A stretch of 64,000 nucleotides of DNA, from the NCBI RefSeq assembly GCF_028369095.1, contig NZ_JAQNDN010000024.1, positions 25,350 to 89,349 of the forward strand, read 5' to 3'. Under the pieces are notes generated by a model that worked only from the letters and a program-made list of their open reading frames with translations, ran no database searches and was not told the origin of the DNA. The position numbers and the translations under genes were made by a program. Below, piece after piece: positions 1 through 8,246 of the stretch; positions within the stretch are counted from its first letter, which is position 1; each line of letters starts with the position of its first letter. The DNA is from Nannocystis radixulma. GTDB taxonomy: Bacteria; Myxococcota_A; Polyangia; Nannocystales; Nannocystaceae.

Positions 1-10
1 CCGGCCTGTC

Positions 11-1285
11 TCAAGAGACAGGCGGAGCGGCGGCGGCCGGGGTCGACTCGGATGGGTCGGGCTCGCCGGCTTCGGGGTGGGCGCGGCGCCAGGCCTCCTC
101 GGCGGCGAGGCGCTCGCGCGGGTGGTGGATGACGCCGACGACCTCGCCGCGGCAGCGCGGGCAGACGCGGTCGCCGGGGGCCAGCGGGGCGCCGCAGCGG
201 GGCTCGGAGCAGCGCGACTCGCGAAGGAAGCGGCCGAGGACGAGGCCGGTGACGCCGAGGCCGAGGGCGATCATGGGGATGGTGCCGGCATCGAGCTGGA
301 GGCCGCCCTTCATGCCGGCGACGACGCCACCGAGCATGAGCGCGCCCATGCCGAGGGTGCGACCGAGCCGCGCGGCCATGCTGCGCTCGACGCGGAACAC
401 GGGCTTGCCGGCGTTGATGCCGACGATGCCGGGGTCCTCGTCGCGCCTGGCCTCGGGGACAGCATCGGGGTCGTCGGTGAACGGGACGGTGAGCGCGGCG
501 AGGTCGGGCGCGGGCGGCCACTGCTCCTGCGGCGGGACACCGAGCTGCTGGGCGATCGGCGGCTCGGCGCGGTCGAGGGCGGCGTAGGCGTGGCGCAGGA
601 AGGCGGCCTGGTTGGCCTGGAGGAGCTTGCCGATCCGCTGCCGCTCGGCCCGCGGGAGGGCGCGCGCGTGCAGCTGCGCGGCCAGGAGAAAGCACAGCGA
701 CTGCGGCGAGAGGACGCCGAGCCGCGAGGGGGTGCGCCGGGTCTGCATCGGGCCGGCGGCGGTGCGGACGGTGTAGCGCAGGGCGGCGTCGGCCGTGAGG
801 ACGCCGAAGCCGAGGTAGACGCCGGTGAGGTCGATGCGCGGATCGAAGGCGTCGCCGGTGGTGAGGCCGAAGTGCCGGCGGTAGACGTGGGCGACCACGC
901 GGGCGGCGGCGGCGACGATGGTGTGCGGGTCGACCATGGCCGAACCCTCGGCGCCGATCTTGACGAGGTCGCGCTCGATGCCGGCGAGCCAGACGACGAG
1001 GTCCTGGCCGCGCGTGGAGCTGGGCTTGCCGAGGACCTGGCCGCGTCGCGCCGGGTCGGCGTCGTAGATGACGACCTCGACGCGCAGCTGACCGAGGCCG
1101 GCATAACCGAGCAGGCGCCGCACGAGCCGGCGCAGGCTGCCGTCGCCGCCCTGCCAGCGATCGGGGAAGAAGCGCGCGCTCGGCTCGAGCAGCGGCGCGA
1201 CGAGCAGCGGCGCCGGACCGCGCGCCTTGACGAGCGCGACCAGCTGGTCGAGCAGGGTGCGACGCTCGTCCAGGGGCGGCAACAT
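11..1285 (-). CDS. Hypothetical membrane-associated protein with C-terminal CxxC…CxxC zinc ribbon. The start is ambiguous; the ORF extends to 1477.
   Basis: Long minus ORF. The C-terminus carries a hydrophobic segment plus CSEPRCG…CPRCRG. There is no recognisable family. An ATG at 1285 (MLPPLDERR) is preferred over 1477. Confidence 0.45.
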   Translation of the reverse strand: MLPPLDERRTLLDQLVALVKARGPAPLLVAPLLEPSARFFPDRWQGGDGSLRRLVRRLLGYAGLGQLRVEVVIYDADPARRGQVLGKPSSTRGQDLVVWLAGIERDLVKIGAEGSAMVDPHTIVAAAARVVAHVYRRHFGLTTGDAFDPRIDLTGVYLGFGVLTADAALRYTVRTAAGPMQTRRTPSRLGVLSPQSLCFLLAAQLHARALPRAERQRIGKLLQANQAAFLRHAYAALDRAEPPIAQQLGVPPQEQWPPAPDLAALTVPFTDDPDAVPEARRDEDPGIVGINAGKPVFRVERSMAARLGRTLGMGALMLGGVVAGMKGGLQLDAGTIPMIALGLGVTGLVLGRFLRESRCSEPRCGAPLAPGDRVCPRCRGEVVGVIHHPRERLAAEEAWRRAHPEAGEPDPSESTPAAAAPPVS

Positions 1286-1486
1286 CAGGCCGTCGTCATC
1301 GCGCTCGGTCGACACGGTGTGGAGGTGTAGCACGTCCGCCTGGACGCCTGACGCGGACCGCCGGCGGGCTGATGTGGACGGTCCGCGCGGGGTAGCGGCT
1401 GTCACCAGCGCGAGGTCGGCCGGGCGTCGCGCCGGCGGAAGAGACCCATGGGCGGGCCCTGGCGCGACCGAGAGCAAGGGGGCGAG

Positions 1487-1705
1487 GAGGACAGGCTGTC
1501 TTCGGGGACAGGTCGCCGTGGCCGGCGGTGGGGGACGAGCGACGAGGGCCGCGACGTTCGGCTCAAGCCGGCGACCTCGGGGACAGGCCGCTTCAACGGG
1601 TGAGGCCGTCGGCGCCGTTCAGCTCCGGTTGCTCGCTCGGGCAGGTGGCGGACGAGCGAAGGGACTCGCGACGTTCGGCTCCTGCCGGCGACGTCGGGAC
1701 AGGTC
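1487..1705. repeat. Intergenic tandem direct repeats. There are two copies of an about 47-bp unit (1531-1577 and 1647-1693, period about 116 bp). There are three TCGGGGACAGG boxes (1497, 1581, 1697). There is one TGTC-N6-GACA palindrome (1497-1510).
   Basis: Aligned by eye: GGACGAGCGACGAGGGCCGCGACGTTCGGCTCAAGCCGGCGAC versus GGACGAGCGAAGGGACTCGCGACGTTCGGCTCCTGCCGGCGAC. Confidence 0.7.
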
Positions 1706-1722
1706 ACTTCGGGTCCCGATGC

Positions 1723-3855
1723 TCAGCCGCGGTTCTTGCCGCTCGGGGGCGGTCCCTTGGGACTGGTGACAGGGTTCGTGCCGGCAGGAGGCTGGCCCTG
1801 CTGGGGCTTGGCGGCGGGCTGTCCCTTGGGACCAGGGGTGGGCGCCGCGTCGCCGGGCTGTCCCTTGGGACTGGTCGTGGGTTGACCCTGCTGGGGCTTG
1901 GCGGCGGGCTGTCCCTTGGGACTGGTCGCGGGAGTGGTACCGGCGGGGGGCTGGCCTTGCTGGGGCTTGCCTGGCTGTCCTTTGGGACTGGTGGCGTCGG
2001 GCTGTCCCTTGGGACTGGTGACGGGCTCGACGGGCTGGCCCCTGGTCTTGCCCTGGCCTTGCTGAGGCTTGGCGGGCTGTCCCTTGGGACTGGTCGGCGG
2101 CGCCAGCTCGGGCACGAGCTCCGGCTGGGGCTCCGGCTGGGGCTCGGGCACGGGCTCCTCGGCCGTCTCGGGCGCGGCGAGCTCGGGCTCGGGCGCGACG
2201 TAGGGCGCGGGGACGACGGGGAAGACCTTGCTCTCGCTGCCGAGCACGTGCTCGAGCAGGAGCGGCTCGCCGGTGGGCCGGCGGGCGCGGAGGACGACGA
2301 CGGCGCGCTCGCCGTCGCCGAGGCCGGTGGGGATCCCGGTGACGCGGTTGCGCTCGCCGGGGCGGAGGGTGATCTTGCGGACGATCGTGCGCGCGCCGGC
2401 GGCGTCCTGGCGCAGCACGAGGACGACGGCGTCGACGAGGCCGGGTGGGACCACGAAGTCGAGGTTGCCGGCGGTGGCGTCGAAGGTGAGCTCGGGCCAG
2501 GTCGGCCACAGCCAGTCGAGCAGCGAGCGCGTGACCTCGACCGCGCGGGGCGCCAGGTGGACGAACTGCTCGCGGTAGACGGCCTCGTCGATGTACGGGC
2601 GGACGCGGCCGTCGTCGTCGGTGTCGAAGGCGGCCAGCGGGCGGCCGGTGCCGCTCTGGATGTAGCCGCGCGCGGCCGGCCACGGGTGCATGCGGGCGCC
2701 CTGGAGCTCGACCGGGTCGAGGTGGCTGGCCTGCAGCAGCTCGGCGGCGGCGGCCTCGGGCGTGAGGTCGTCGTCGAGGTGGCGCGGCGCGGGGACGCTG
2801 GCCTCGGACAGGAACCGGCGCGCGGTGAACACCGCCAGGCCCTCGTAACCTGTCCCTTCGGGCATGACCAATGCGCCAGGGTCCTTGCTGGCCGGGGCGC
2901 CGCCGAACAGGTGCTCGGCGAGCGAGCCGGCGACCGGGATCCCGCGGGCGCGGGCGACCTCGTCCTGGGCGGGGCGGCCGGGCAGGGCGCTGCGGCCGAA
3001 CGCGAGCCGGGCCAGCTCGGCGAACGGCAGGCCGCGATCGCCGGGGCTCGGCGACAGCGGGCTGAAGAAGCCGGTGACGTCGCCGCGCGCGTGGGCGGGG
3101 ACGGCGAGGTCCTGGACGACGTGCAGCAGCGCGCCGAGGCCGACCAGCGCCAGCGCGAGGTGGTGCGCCCGCGCGTCCGCCTCGGGCAAGGTGGAGGCGA
3201 GCTCGAGGTGGCGCCACATGTGCGGCGGGGCCAGCGGGTCGGTGTCGTCGCGCAGGAACGAGATGACCGAAGGGCCCTGTCCCGAGAAACCTGTCTGCGT
3301 GGCCAGGGCCGCGGCCGAGCCGCCGTTGTGGCGGACCTGGCGCAGGCGCACCAGGCCGGGGCGCGGCTGCGGGTCGGAGAAGTTGGGCGCGAGCGGGTCG
3401 TCGCGGTCGACGAAGTGGTGGACGGCGCGGGCCGAGGGCACCAGCTCGGCGAGCACGCCGACCTGCAGCCACTGCAGCGCGGGCAGCTCCCACACGTCGC
3501 CGGCGACGCAGTACTTCTGGGTCTCGATCGGAGCGCCGAGGCCGGGGCAGGAGCCGGGGCCGCCGAGCGCCTGGAGGCCGCCGTGCTGTAGGGCGGCGGT
3601 GAGCATGCGCCGCTCGGGGGCGTTGAGCCGCCGGGGGTCGACGCGCAGGGGGGTGAAGAGGCCGCGCTGGAGCTCGCTCTGGGCCATCCAGCGCAGGTGC
3701 AGCGCGCTCTCCAGCAGGGCGCGGTCGACCATGCCGAGGTGGGTGGCGCGGGCGTCCCACGCGGCCGCCGGCGCGGCCGGGAGCGCGAGGGAGAGGGCGA
3801 GTCCGAGGCCGAGGGCGCGGCCGACCCGGCGGAGCCACGAGCGCGGGCGGGTCAC
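1723..3855 (-). CDS. Secreted zinc-dependent phospholipase C / S1-P1 nuclease-like hydrolase with a C-terminal Pro-rich 'TSPKGQP' repeat tail
   Basis: A GTG start at 3855 gives the signal peptide VTRPRSWLRRVGRALGLGLALSLALPAAPAAA|WDARATH. The mature N-terminal Trp with H(+7) and an IVNRAI-like 'MVDRAL' resemble the Zn-PLC/P1 nuclease N-terminus. The 3' 350 nt encode about 7 (T)SPKGQP(AKPQQGQ) repeats. Confidence 0.5.
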   Translation of the reverse strand: MTRPRSWLRRVGRALGLGLALSLALPAAPAAAWDARATHLGMVDRALLESALHLRWMAQSELQRGLFTPLRVDPRRLNAPERRMLTAALQHGGLQALGGPGSCPGLGAPIETQKYCVAGDVWELPALQWLQVGVLAELVPSARAVHHFVDRDDPLAPNFSDPQPRPGLVRLRQVRHNGGSAAALATQTGFSGQGPSVISFLRDDTDPLAPPHMWRHLELASTLPEADARAHHLALALVGLGALLHVVQDLAVPAHARGDVTGFFSPLSPSPGDRGLPFAELARLAFGRSALPGRPAQDEVARARGIPVAGSLAEHLFGGAPASKDPGALVMPEGTGYEGLAVFTARRFLSEASVPAPRHLDDDLTPEAAAAELLQASHLDPVELQGARMHPWPAARGYIQSGTGRPLAAFDTDDDGRVRPYIDEAVYREQFVHLAPRAVEVTRSLLDWLWPTWPELTFDATAGNLDFVVPPGLVDAVVLVLRQDAAGARTIVRKITLRPGERNRVTGIPTGLGDGERAVVVLRARRPTGEPLLLEHVLGSESKVFPVVPAPYVAPEPELAAPETAEEPVPEPQPEPQPELVPELAPPTSPKGQPAKPQQGQGKTRGQPVEPVTSPKGQPDATSPKGQPGKPQQGQPPAGTTPATSPKGQPAAKPQQGQPTTSPKGQPGDAAPTPGPKGQPAAKPQQGQPPAGTNPVTSPKGPPPSGKNRG
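1750..2100 (-). repeat. Coding tandem repeat. The near-palindromic GTCCCTTGGGACTGGT (read as TSPKGQ on the minus strand) occurs 7 times here and twice more at 3930-3985 in the neighbouring gene.
   Basis: Copies at about 1752, 1826, 1863, 1912, 1979, 2008 and 2083, plus 3933 and 3970. Confidence 0.75.
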
Positions 3856-5339
3856 GGGCGCCGGCCCTTCCCGGCCGGTTGGCCTGACTCTGGGGACATG
3901 GTCGAAGTGCCCTGGCCCTTGGGACTGGTGGTCGGACCTGACTCTGGGGACATGGTCGAATTGCCCTGTCCCTTGGGACTGGCGACGCCGGCGGGGTTGG
4001 TCGCGCCGCCGCTGCCGCTCGGGGCGGCGGTCTTGCCCGGCACGGTGCCGCCCGGGACGCCGGAGGGGGCCGGCGTGGTCCCGGTCGGCGTGGTCCCGGC
4101 GGGCGCGGTCGCGGCCGGATCGGGCACCTGCTTGAGGCGGTCGAGGTTGCGGTAGACGTGCTTGGCGAGGATCAGCGCGCTGTCGAGGTCGTGGCACTGC
4201 TGGTCGCCGCAGGTCAGCAGCACGCCGACCTTCTGCTCGCGGTCGACGAAGCCGATCGCGTGCACGCCGTCAGCGGTGGTGCTCCACGTCTCGGGGGTGA
4301 TGTCGCTGGCCGGCTTGACCTTGCCGAAGGTCTCCTGGATCGTCGCCGCGACCGGGTCCATGCCGCCGGGCGGGGCGCTCCACACCCGCAAGGCGAGGTC
4401 GTGACGCTCGTCGCTGCTGATCGCCTGCAGGTGGACGCCGTGGTAGAAGCCGGTGCGCTTGAGGTCGGTGAGGTCCTTGACCTCGAAGGCCTCGGTGTAG
4501 CCGGTGCGCTGGCGGACCTCGTCGGGGGTGAGCAGGGCGGTGGCGTCGAGCACCTCGGCGACCACCGGCCCGGCCGGCTTGCCGCCCTCCTCCTCTTCGA
4601 CCGCGACGACCGGACCGCCGGCGCCGCCGAGAGCGCGGAACAGGTCGAGGTTGGCGAGGTCGGCCTCCCAGCGCACGGCCTTGTGCAGCGGCCGCGGCGG
4701 CGCCAGGAACAACAGATGATCGGCGTGCGAGTCGCTGTTCTGCCACTTGCGCAGCTCGACGCGGTTGTGTCGCACGGTGAAGTCGGAGCGCGGGCCGCCG
4801 GTGGGGACGGCGTCGGAGCGGTAGCCGGCGTAGCCGCGCTTGTAGACGATGAGGTAGGCGTCGACGAGCCGCGCGGTCGAGCCGCGCACGCTGAGCCTGG
4901 CCGGAGGGATCCGGTAGCGGCCGGCGGCGTCGGTGGTGACGCTGGACGTTTCCGCGCCCCACGGGCCGATGAAGCCGTCGCCGCGGTCGTACGACCAGAC
5001 GGCGACGACGGTGGCCTCGGCGATCGGCTCGCTGGTGGCGGCGTCGACGACTTGGCCGTCGAAGGGGCCCAGCAACGAGGCGTCGGTGACGGTGTCGCGC
5101 GCGCCCACGAAGGCCGGCGGACGCACGATCGGGGCGCAGGCCACGAGCGTGGGCAGACACAGCGCGGCGACGGCGGCGAAGACGGCTCGCGCGAGCCGCC
5201 GCGCGGGCGAGGGAGGCGATCCGGCGCCACTACTCCGTGAGGTCCGTGAGGTCCGTGAGGACGAGTCGGGGCGGAGCAGCCACTGCGGTCCGTCGCGGTC
5301 GGGGCGGATGGACGAGGCGTCCACCCGTGACAGATCGCG
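3852..5339 (-). CDS. Secreted or lipoprotein-like protein with a carboxypeptidase-regulatory-like (CarboxypepD_reg) domain and a C-terminal 'SPKGQG…MSPESG' repeat tail. The start is uncertain (GTG at 5339 or 5324).
   Basis: Hydrophobic segment AVFAAVAALCLPTLVAC. The motif VVDAATSEPIAEATV…TDAAGRYRI is typical of the CarboxypepD_reg fold. The 5' 200 codons of the long ORF are Arg/Pro junk that overlaps the FHA gene, so I excluded them. Confidence 0.4.
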   Translation of the reverse strand, partial: RDLSRVDASSIRPDRDGPQWLLRPDSSSRTSRTSRSSGAGSPPSPARRLARAVFAAVAALCLPTLVACAPIVRPPAFVGARDTVTDASLLGPFDGQVVDAATSEPIAEATVVAVWSYDRGDGFIGPWGAETSSVTTDAAGRYRIPPARLSVRGSTARLVDAYLIVYKRGYAGYRSDAVPTGGPRSDFTVRHNRVELRKWQNSDSHADHLLFLAPPRPLHKAVRWEADLANLDLFRALGGAGGPVVAVEEEEGGKPAGPVVAEVLDATALLTPDEVRQRTGYTEAFEVKDLTDLKRTGFYHGVHLQAISSDERHDLALRVWSAPPGGMDPVAATIQETFGKVKPASDITPETWSTTADGVHAIGFVDREQKVGVLLTCGDQQCHDLDSALILAKHVYRNLDRLKQVPDPAATAPAGTTPTGTTPAPSGVPGGTVPGKTAAPSGSGGATNPAGVASPKGQGNSTMSPESGPTTSPKGQGTSTMSPESGQPAGKGRRP

Positions 5340-5539
5340 CACGAGCGAGGGCCACGCGGCACCCGTGGGCCCGGCAGACCCGGATTGCTCGGGCGCGGAG
5401 GGCGGCGGCGACGAGCCTGACTGTGCAATGGCGACGCTCAATTGACGCGGTCCGAGCCGGACGGGTACCCTGACGGGGCGAATCGCGGGCGAGCGCGGGT
5501 CTATCCCACGCGCGCGACCCTGGCAAGCCTTCTCCAGGC

Positions 5540-6904
5540 ATGAGGCCGATGACGGAGTGGATCCCCTGTCCCGCCTGTGGCACCGAACACGCCCCAGAGG
5601 CTGCTGCGTGCGAGATCTGCGGTTATCGTTTGTCGCAACCGGCGCCAGTGAGCGCGCTCCCGAAGTGCGCGCGCTGCGGGCAGCCGCTCGGCGACGGCTT
5701 CGAGTTCTGCCAGATCTGCGGCCTGCGCGTGCACTCCCGGCTGCCGCGCCCGAGCACCCAGAGCATGAAGTTGATCCCGCGACGATTGCTCGAGGGCACG
5801 GGCGAGGTGGAGCCGGCACGACCCCCCGTACCCGATCCGGCGCCGCGTTCTTCCGCGAGTGAACCGACCCCGGCGCCCGAGGCCGGGATCGTCTCGCCGG
5901 CGACCCCGGCGCCGCCGACCGCACCTGTCCCGAACGCCAGCGAGGCCGAGCCCCCGCTCCTCGCCGCCGACAGCGGCGGCAGCGGCGGCAACGCCGGCAA
6001 CGCGGAAGCCAGCGCCGAGGCGGGCCAGGGCTCGTGGGGAGTGGCCCGCGTGGTCGGGCTGCGACCGCCGGCCGACGACGTGCCGGTGCCGCGCGAGGGG
6101 CCAGGGCCCGGCGACACGGCGCGGATGGGTCAGGCGGCCCTGCCGTCGGAGCAGGCGCAGGTGTCGGTGACGGGCTCGCCGGGCGGGCCGTCGTGGTCGG
6201 CGCCGATGGCGAGGTTGGCAGTCGAGTCGTCGCGGCGCTCGGCCGGGGCGGCGCCGCTGCGGATCGTGCTGGTGAAGCGCGACGGCTCGGAGGGCGAGTC
6301 GGTGGCGCTGCGCGGGACGCTGGTGGTGGGCCGCAAGCAGGGCGACCTGATGTTCCCGAGCGACGAGTTCCTCAGTCCGGCCCACGCCCGCCTCGAGCCG
6401 GCGCCCGGCGGCGGGGTCCGCCTGGGCGATCTGGGATCGCGCAACGGGGTCTACGTCCGGATCTCGCGGCCGGAACCGGTGTTTCCGGGCGATCTCTTCC
6501 TCGTGGGTCACCATTTGCTGCGGCTGGAGAACCTGCCGCCGGGCGGACGCGAGCAGGAGCTCGACGGCGAGGCGACGCGCCTGTTCGGCACGCCGATGCA
6601 GCCGGCGTGGGGCCGCCTGACGCTGATCGGGGTCGGCGGGGCCGAAGCCGAGGTCCATTGCCTGCGCGCGCCGCAGATCGTGTTCGGCCGCGAACTCGGC
6701 GACATCATCTTCCCGACCGACCCCTTCGTCAGCTGGCAACACGCGCAGTTGGCGATGGAGCTGCGCGGAGACGCGATGACCGTCCTCCTCACCGACCTCC
6801 GCTCGGCCAACGGGACCTACCTCAGGATCCGCGGGGATGTCATCCTTCAACCGGGCGACATGTTCCGGGTCGGGGACCAGATCTTCCGCGTGAGGATGCA
6901 CTGA
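5540..6904 (+). CDS. FHA-domain protein with an N-terminal double zinc ribbon and two FHA domains
   Basis: N-terminal CPACG…CEICG…CARCG…CQICG. There are two copies of the FHA signature (GR…D…FP…VS…HA…E; …SANGTYL…). The stop abuts the PP2C gene. Confidence 0.75.
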   Translation: MRPMTEWIPCPACGTEHAPEAAACEICGYRLSQPAPVSALPKCARCGQPLGDGFEFCQICGLRVHSRLPRPSTQSMKLIPRRLLEGTGEVEPARPPVPDPAPRSSASEPTPAPEAGIVSPATPAPPTAPVPNASEAEPPLLAADSGGSGGNAGNAEASAEAGQGSWGVARVVGLRPPADDVPVPREGPGPGDTARMGQAALPSEQAQVSVTGSPGGPSWSAPMARLAVESSRRSAGAAPLRIVLVKRDGSEGESVALRGTLVVGRKQGDLMFPSDEFLSPAHARLEPAPGGGVRLGDLGSRNGVYVRISRPEPVFPGDLFLVGHHLLRLENLPPGGREQELDGEATRLFGTPMQPAWGRLTLIGVGGAEAEVHCLRAPQIVFGRELGDIIFPTDPFVSWQHAQLAMELRGDAMTVLLTDLRSANGTYLRIRGDVILQPGDMFRVGDQIFRVRMH

Positions 6905-6905
6905 G

Positions 6906-7760
6906 GTGGCGCAGCTCGAGGTGTTCGCGAGGACCGAGGTCGGTTGCGTCCGCAAGCGCAACGAGGACCACTTCGTGGTCCAAAACCTTCAGACGGGGGA
7001 GCGCGGGCTGCTGCCGCACCAGCGCGTGCAACAGCTGACGTCGCGCGGGACGCTGATCGCGGTGTGCGACGGGATGGGCGGCGCGGCGGCCGGCGACGTG
7101 GCCTCGGGGATCGCGGTCGACGTGCTGTCGGCGGTGGTCCACGCCAAGGGGCCGTTCGCCAGCACGGCCATGGCCCAGGACGTGATGCACGAGGCGATCA
7201 CGGCGGTCAACGACAAGATCCGCGCGGCCGCGGTCGAAGATCCGGCCCGCCACGGGATGGGCACGACGCTGACGGCGGCCCTGGCCTTTGGGCCAGAATT
7301 GATGATCGGACATGTGGGCGACTCGCGGGCGTACATCCGCCGCGGTCGCTCGCTGACGCAGGTCACGACCGACCACAGCGTGGTCGGGCAGTTGATCGCG
7401 GCCGGTCGCCTGCGCCCCGAGCAGGCCCGCGACTACGAGCACCGCAACGTGCTGCTGCAGGCGCTGGGCGTGCAGCCGCGGGTCGGGCCCGAGTTCGACG
7501 TGGTCCAGCTGCGCGCCGGCGACGTGCTGCTGCTGTGCAGCGACGGCCTCACCGGGCCGGTCACCGACGAGCAGATCCTCGGGTTGATGCTGCGCTACGA
7601 GGACCCGCTGCGCTGCTGCCGGGCCCTGACCGAGGCCGCCTGCGCCGCCGGCGGGCCCGACAACGTGACGGTGGCGATCGCGCGGTTCTCCGGCGAGGGC
7701 CTCGAGCTGCCCCACGGGCGCGAAGAAGTGGCCGTGAGCCGCACCCAGCTGGCGGTCTGA
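6906..7760 (+). CDS. PP2C-family Ser/Thr protein phosphatase
   Basis: Motifs RKRNEDHF, CDGMGG, GDSRAY, LLCSDGL and GGPDNVTVAI. It starts 2 nt after the FHA gene stop. Confidence 0.8.
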   Translation: MAQLEVFARTEVGCVRKRNEDHFVVQNLQTGERGLLPHQRVQQLTSRGTLIAVCDGMGGAAAGDVASGIAVDVLSAVVHAKGPFASTAMAQDVMHEAITAVNDKIRAAAVEDPARHGMGTTLTAALAFGPELMIGHVGDSRAYIRRGRSLTQVTTDHSVVGQLIAAGRLRPEQARDYEHRNVLLQALGVQPRVGPEFDVVQLRAGDVLLLCSDGLTGPVTDEQILGLMLRYEDPLRCCRALTEAACAAGGPDNVTVAIARFSGEGLELPHGREEVAVSRTQLAV

Positions 7761-7771
7761 CCGCGGCGTGC

Positions 7772-8242
7772 ATGGTTGGGGTCGTGAGTACCGACGACGT
7801 GTTCCTCCGCCGCGCGATCGAGCTGGCCTGCGCCAACGTGCGCAACGGCGGCCGGCCGTACGGCGCGGTGGTGGTGCGGGGCGAGACGATCGCGGCCGAG
7901 GGAGTGAACGAGCTGCACCTGCGGCCCGACCCCTCGGCCCACGCGGAGATGCTGGCGCTGCGCGCGGCCGCGGCGGCGCTCGGGCGGGTGCGGCTCGACG
8001 ACTGCACGGTGTACGCGAGCGGGCAGCCGTGCCCGATGTGCCTGGCGGCGCTGCACCTGGCCGGGGTGCCGCGGGTGGTGTTCGCGTACAGCAACGCCGA
8101 CGGCGAGCCGTACGGGTTCTCGACGGCGGCGCTGTACCGGCAGATGGCGCTGCCGCTGTCCGAGCAGCAGCTGCAGATCGTGCAGGGCGACGCGTCGGTG
8201 TGGCCGGAGAACCCGTTCGCGCTGGCGTCGCGGCGCTGCTAG
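7772..8242 (+). CDS. Nucleoside deaminase (CDA/TadA-like cytidine/deoxycytidylate deaminase zinc-binding family)
   Basis: HAEMLAL…PCPMC zinc-binding motifs in a 156-aa protein. Confidence 0.75.
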   Translation: MVGVVSTDDVFLRRAIELACANVRNGGRPYGAVVVRGETIAAEGVNELHLRPDPSAHAEMLALRAAAAALGRVRLDDCTVYASGQPCPMCLAALHLAGVPRVVFAYSNADGEPYGFSTAALYRQMALPLSEQQLQIVQGDASVWPENPFALASRRC

Positions 8243-8246
8243 GCTG

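Noticed and set aside
1487-1705. CRISPR array
   Set aside because: The direct repeats here, and at 49430-49600 and 1750-2100, have irregular or coding spacers with no uniform 28-37-bp repeat/spacer periodicity. There are no cas genes.
1528-3838. Large overlapping ORFs (1528..3591 +, 1619..3838 -, 2864..4135 +) in the region of the secreted hydrolase gene
   Set aside because: Alternative-frame artefacts. Only the 1723..3855 minus frame gives a signal peptide plus a coherent non-repetitive domain.
5236-5262. (GTGAGGTCC)x3 microrepeat
   Set aside because: It is real in sequence, but it lies in the uncertain 5' region of the carboxypeptidase-regulatory-like gene (encoding TSRTSRTSR). It is too short to interpret and is probably slippage.
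5340-5924. 5' 195 codons of the long 3852..5924 minus ORF
   Set aside because: The translation is Arg/Pro junk and would overlap the well-supported FHA gene (5540..6904). I truncated the CDS to a GTG near 5339/5324.
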